A stretch of DNA of 61,956 nucleotides, the filler included. It is 20 parts of 20 records of this genome, joined end to end, with 100 filler letters (N's around TTAATTAATTAA, not from the genome) between each part and the next. Parts side by side here need not be neighbours in the genome. Positions count along the whole stretch, not along the records: positions 57,196 to 59,580 come from SRR16133337_73604; positions 59,681 to 61,956 come from SRR16133337_73745; 18 more parts are not named here. One strand, 5' to 3'. Positions 57,241 through 61,956 of this stretch are shown in pieces. The translations under genes were made by a program, and so were the position numbers. Position 1 is the stretch's first letter. Each line of letters begins with the position of its first letter. The notes below the pieces were generated by a model. That model was not told where the DNA came from. It ran no database searches and worked only from the letters and a program-made list of their open reading frames with translations.

Positions 57241-57310
57241 TTTGACAGACTCAGAGCAAACAAATCCACGATTTAACGATTCCACAACTCAACAATTCCA
57301 CAATTCCACA
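57241..57310 (+). repeat. TTCGACAGGCTCAG-type variant followed by degenerate ATTCCACA octamer array
   Basis: tttgacagactcagagc; atccacg atttaacg attccaca actcaaca attccaca attccaca. Confidence 0.6.
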
Positions 57311-57364
57311 TTTTTCGAAATCGATATAGTTTCAATAGTTATTGTTTATTAAAATTTGATAGGG

Positions 57365-57372
57365 TATCTTTG
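57365..57372 (+). promoter_or_regulatory. Bacteroidetes -7 element TATCTTTG
   Basis: TAnnTTTG 20 nt upstream of ATG 57393. Confidence 0.55.
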
Positions 57373-57392
57373 AACTTTAATAAAACAAACCT

Positions 57393-58247
57393 ATGATTTT
57401 AATAGCAGATGGAGGATCCACTAAAGCCGATTGGGTTGCTTTAGATAAAAATAAAAATGAATTATTTAGAGTTCGTACAAAAGGATTAAATCCTGCTGTA
57501 GTTGCCGTTAATGTTTTACGTAAACGTATTTTAGAAACTCCTGAGTTTTCTGAAAACCTAGAAAAAGTAACGCAACTATTTTTTTACGGAGCGGGTTGTG
57601 GAACTGAAATAGCTACCAAAATATTAAAAGATCTTTTTGAAGAATTGTTTTCAAAGGCAAAAGTTGTCGTAGGTGAAGATACGTTGGCTGCTGTTTATGC
57701 CTCTTCAGGAACTCAACCTGCCATCGTTTGTATTTTGGGTACGGGATCTAATAGTAGTTATTTTGATGGAAAAGAGATTCTCTCTAATTCCGTTTCTTTA
57801 GGCTATACTATAATGGATGAGGCAAGTGGAAACTACTTTGGAAAAAGATTGCTTCGGAATTATTTTTATAAAGTGATGCCCCCTGAAATCGCCACTAAAT
57901 TTGAAGCAGAATACAACTTAGAACCCGACCATATCAAATATAACTTATATCGTCAACCAAATCCAAACACTTATTTGGCGAGTTTTGCTCCTTTTATGTT
58001 TCAATTTAAGGAAAATCCATATATTCTGGCTTTAATAGAAGATGGTTTCGATGCCTTTTTTAGATGTAGAATATTGCCTTATCATAAAGACAAATCAACG
58101 CCTATTTATTTCATTGGTTCTATAGCCTATTATTTTTCTGAAATTTTAGAAAAGGTAGCTAAAAAATATGACTTAACTATTACAGGGGTTATTCAAAGAC
58201 CCATTGATAATTTGATTGCGTATCACAAACAATATTTAATTAAGTAA
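57393..58247 (+). CDS. BadF/BadG/BcrA/BcrD-family ATPase, N-acetylglucosamine kinase-like
   Basis: MILIADGGSTKADW, FYGAGC, CILGTGSNS, DEASGNYFGK, FIGSIAYYF. Confidence 0.9.
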   Translation: MILIADGGSTKADWVALDKNKNELFRVRTKGLNPAVVAVNVLRKRILETPEFSENLEKVTQLFFYGAGCGTEIATKILKDLFEELFSKAKVVVGEDTLAAVYASSGTQPAIVCILGTGSNSSYFDGKEILSNSVSLGYTIMDEASGNYFGKRLLRNYFYKVMPPEIATKFEAEYNLEPDHIKYNLYRQPNPNTYLASFAPFMFQFKENPYILALIEDGFDAFFRCRILPYHKDKSTPIYFIGSIAYYFSEILEKVAKKYDLTITGVIQRPIDNLIAYHKQYLIK

Positions 58248-59489
58248 ATCTAAAATTCTTTCCAAAGCCATTGCTCTAGAACCTTTTATTAAAAAGCAAG
58301 AGTTGGTTTTAGGGTGAAAAGAAGATTTGAAAGTTTCAAAAGAGGTGTGTTGCACCGCTTTTGAAGTTTTTGTTTTTGAAAAATGCTCCCCAATTAAATG
58401 TATTTCATCAAACTCAAATAAATTTGCTATATCTACAATAGCTTGATGTTCTTGTAAACTTGTTTTCCCCAATTCAAACATATCTCCTAAAATCAATATC
58501 TTATGAGGTTCTACAAGGTTGTTAAAGTTTTCTATAGCTACTTTCATACTACTAGGATTTGCATTATATGCATCTAATACTATTTTAGAATTATGGAGGT
58601 TGACAATCTGCGAACGATTGTTAGTAGGAATATAGTTTTCTACAGCTTCTTTTATTTTTTCTTTGGGTACCTTAAAATAGTCCCCAATTGCAATGGCCGC
58701 TCTAATATTGTTAAAATTGTAATGCCCTATTAAATTACTTTTGATGTTGAGTTGTTGGTAAGTTACTTGTACAAAAGGAGTTGCTTGTTTCAAAAGAATT
58801 GTATTTCCAAATAGAATTGTATCTAGTTGTTTTGTATTTTCTACTTGCAAGGCATCTGTCGTATCCACAAAAGCTTTGCCTTTATTATTTTTGAGGTAAG
58901 TATATAGCTCTGTCTTTCCCTTTACAATCCCCTCAAATCCGCCAAAACCTTCCAAATGTGCTTTTCCAAAATTTGTAATATAACCGAAATTTGGTTTTGT
59001 AATGGAAGCTAGTAATTCAATTTCTCCTAAATGGTTGGCTCCCATTTCTACAATTCCCATTTCTGTTGTTGCGTTCATTGAAAGAAGTGTCAAAGGTACA
59101 CCAATGAAGTTGTTTAAGTTTCCTTGTGTAGCGACCGTTTTAAATTTTTTAGAAAGCACTGCATTGATCAGTTCTTTACTCGTTGTTTTTCCATTACTTC
59201 CTGTGATCGCTAGTATTGGAATGTTTAATTTTTCTCTATGGTATTTGGCAAGTTCTTGTAAAGTGTTTTGTACGTTTTTTACTAAAATGATGAGATCGTT
59301 AGTTTGATATTCACTTTCATCAACAATCGCATAGGATGCTCCTTTGTCTAAAGCCTCTTTTGAAAATTTATTCCCATTGAAATTCTCTCCTTTAAGAGCG
59401 AAATACAATCTGTTTTTGATGATTTTTCTTGTATCAATAGCAACCCCTTCACTTTGTGTAAAAAGCTTATAAATTTCAGGTAGTTTCAT
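58236..59489 (-). CDS. murF: UDP-N-acetylmuramoyl-tripeptide--D-alanyl-D-alanine ligase
   Basis: IDTRKI, AITGSNGKTTSKE, GNLNNFIGVPLT, VEMGANH, DAYNANPSSM, LGDMFELG, KGSR. Confidence 0.97.
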   Translation of the reverse strand: MKLPEIYKLFTQSEGVAIDTRKIIKNRLYFALKGENFNGNKFSKEALDKGASYAIVDESEYQTNDLIILVKNVQNTLQELAKYHREKLNIPILAITGSNGKTTSKELINAVLSKKFKTVATQGNLNNFIGVPLTLLSMNATTEMGIVEMGANHLGEIELLASITKPNFGYITNFGKAHLEGFGGFEGIVKGKTELYTYLKNNKGKAFVDTTDALQVENTKQLDTILFGNTILLKQATPFVQVTYQQLNIKSNLIGHYNFNNIRAAIAIGDYFKVPKEKIKEAVENYIPTNNRSQIVNLHNSKIVLDAYNANPSSMKVAIENFNNLVEPHKILILGDMFELGKTSLQEHQAIVDIANLFEFDEIHLIGEHFSKTKTSKAVQHTSFETFKSSFHPKTNSCFLIKGSRAMALERILDLLN

Positions 59490-59512
59490 AATTCAATAGG
59501 AGTGAAGAACTC

Positions 59513-59580
59513 TTTTGTGTTGCAGTCTTGCAGGTCGTGATACGGTGATACCGTGATCCAGTGAAACCGTTTTTTTGTCT
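59513..59580 (-). repeat. Octamer array upstream of murF, similar to the one upstream of efp
   Basis: Minus strand aaaaaacggtttc actggatc acggtatc accgtatc acgacctgcaagactgca. Confidence 0.7.
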
Positions 59581-61388
59581 NNNNNNNNNNNNNNNNNNNN
59601 NNNNNNNNNNNNNNNNNNNNNNNNTTAATTAATTAANNNNNNNNNNNNNNNNNNNNNNNNNNNNNNNNNNNNNNNNNNNNTTCAAAAAACTTATTGGGAA
59701 ATGAATTTGGAATCGCAAAAACTTATGTATACGTGCGATTTGAAAAATAACATAAAAACAATTTTCGCACATACAGAATTAAACAGAAGAGAAAAAACCT
59801 TTTTGAACTCCAGGAAATGTTTTAAAACACAACTACAGTACCGCCTGGCGGATGACGGTAGGTGAGCGGGTGGATTTAGATGCCAACTCACTTGCGCGCA
59901 AAGAGCGTTCACTTGTTTTCACACGTTTTACTCATAAATACCTGTATTGCCTATTTCCTGTATACGCCTTTGAATGACGGCAGGAGTCGTAATAGTTGAA
60001 AAAGTGCTAAGTTGGCGAAGCTAAAAAAACACACACATACTTTTTTTAGAGAGGACAAGCGTTTGGCATAAACTTTGACAACCTATATTTGGAATGAACA
60101 AACAAAGGGCGCGTGGAGGTGAAGTGGGGGAACAGTGAGTGATATATTTTAAAACACCGTACCATAAAGGACAAATACTGAACCATTATCGACTGGATTA
60201 CGCGTGTATTGTCTTAAGTATGATTCCATCTATGTTTTCCTGCAAGTTCAAAATGTGCATATTCGGAAGAAAAAAAACGAAACGCAAAGGGTGTTATAAA
60301 ATATTTTTGTTAAACATGTGACAAAGGATTCGCCACCAAATTGATTATGTGACACGAATAGACAACAAATATATGTGTAATGGATTTCTGGAGAAACGAG
60401 GACGTACACCCTTATGCAAAAGTGTGTCAAAACTGTCCGCAAAAAGTTGCTAATGTGTTAGAAATACAAAGATGTGCCATTTGAAGTCGAAGTATCATGA
60501 CTGTGCTTTGCCTGTTCACTCCTGTGGGGACATTGGCGAAAAAGGAAAAATCACCAAATATTTCCAACTGAAGAAAATAAGACCTGCGACCCTTTCCAAA
60601 ATTTGGTCACGGGAGATGGATTCTTAATGTGTGACAATGGAAAATGAGAAATCTGTGCCATATTACAACAATCAAACGATTTTTGGAAAGGAAAATTTAC
60701 ATCACTTTCTGTAAGGGAAGCCCCCACCTTACATGTTTGAGCGTTTTAGTGTGGGAATAGAATCTTTCTCTTTCGTCTGAATGTAAAACGCAAGTGGTCT
60801 TGTGGTTGAATAAATACCTCGTTACTAGCCCCACTATAGACGCTTCTTTTCAAACTATCTGAAACATCCGCTTTCGCTTGATCACATTCAAGCGACCTTG
60901 TAATTTTCACGGGCATCGCATTTGGATCGCCAGCTAAGAACAAACAATTTAAGAATTGTCAAAATGGAGAATAAAAAATTATTGTGAACCCGCAATCTCA
61001 CATTTTATCACACTGTTCTGTCATTAAGTGGAGGTATTTTATTTCAATTTCAATCGCGTGTACTCTTGTTGAGTTGTCATTGAGTTAAACACAAGCTCAA
61101 GAACGAAAGACTTCGAAAATAGAAGATAGAGAAATGAATGGCACATGGAATAACGCAGTACGAACTTCGCCCTTCGGCTCTTCACACCTTCAGATGTTAT
61201 TTTGTGATTTCAAATAAAATGCAATTTTCTTGTTCAAAAACACAACTGTTTTCGAAGGTAGAAAAAAGACAACAACCTTCTGATGTGAGTCCCACATATT
61301 ACTTTCCAAACGGCAACAAGCTCCCAACGCAGTCGTCGAGCTTGCTTGGCTCCATTGCAAAAAGCTGCTGCCTCCTTGCCTCCCTTCC

Positions 61389-61467
61389 TTTCGAGTGCCA
61401 TGAGATTGACACCTTCCAGCACTCCTTATTCAATTTCCAGAAGGTGTCAATCTCATGACACTCGAAA
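61389..61467 (-). repeat. Near-perfect 28-bp inverted repeat with 23-nt loop (pre-miRNA-like hairpin)
   Basis: tttcgagtgccatgagattgacaccttc / gaaggtgtcaatctcatgacactcgaaa; the single mismatch is G-U on the minus strand. Confidence 0.85.
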
Positions 61468-61956
61468 CGCTTGAAGTTGACCTGGCCGGATCACTTCCCT
61501 CCCCCGGCGACATCATGGTTGTTTTCCAGTTCAATTTGGTGGTGTTTTATTTTGGCACAGCTTTTGTGGCGCGTTTGAAATAATGTGTTCCATAAAGCTC
61601 CCTCAAGCACAATCTTTATCAAGAAAAAAAAAACTTGCTCGAGTAGTGCACAATCGACGAGCAGTTAGGTGCCATTCCATGCAGATTTCACCACAAACAA
61701 AGCTTTGTTTGTCGGCAGCGACAGAGTTGTGTTTCTCAATCCCCATTCTCGACGATCAAGAGGGTAAAAATCGTGCATCTTCGAACAGACCGCAGTTAAA
61801 AAGTGCGAGAGAAAAGTGCGATTTTTCCCAAAGAAAATACACATCTACTCGCTGTTCATCTGGACTGTTTCCCCCAAAATGCACATCTACTTGTGGTAAA
61901 CAGCGCTTTTAGGGGGTTGATTGGTGAAAAAGATCACCAACCACGACTTAAGGAAA

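Overview
This window is not one replicon. It is 20 unrelated contigs joined by artificial 100-nt linkers (N44-TTAATTAATTAA-N44), from three sources. (1) Five gene-dense Flavobacteriaceae-like bacterial contigs: 12251-15909 efp-bshA/recQ; 18385-22035 ybeY-mnmG-methyltransferase with a parS site; 22136-30259 a SusCD/GH144 glucan-utilization locus; 30360-35708 four-helix-bundle gene, hemF, a frameshifted adenosine deaminase, a DAO remnant and a Ca/Na antiporter; 57196-59580 sugar kinase and murF. (2) One very AT-rich mitochondrial contig (51989-54744) with divergently oriented cox2 and cox1 using TGA=Trp. (3) Fourteen intron-rich eukaryotic nuclear contigs, in which I could build GT-AG gene models for a DBHS (NONO/SFPQ-like) protein, a FYVE-IQ protein, an RCC1-like protein, a DRC9/IQCG-like flagellar protein, a PAN/Apple protein and a membrane protein. 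The most striking signal is mitochondrial. The 1.3-kb stretch between cox2 and cox1 shows codon periodicity in a single frame, with an rpl5-like first part, yet holds 26 in-frame TAA/TAG codons plus TGA. This suggests all three stop codons are read as sense, or are edited, while cox2 has no internal TAA/TAG and carries about 120 extra residues. Family assignments come from motif recognition only; no database search was run.
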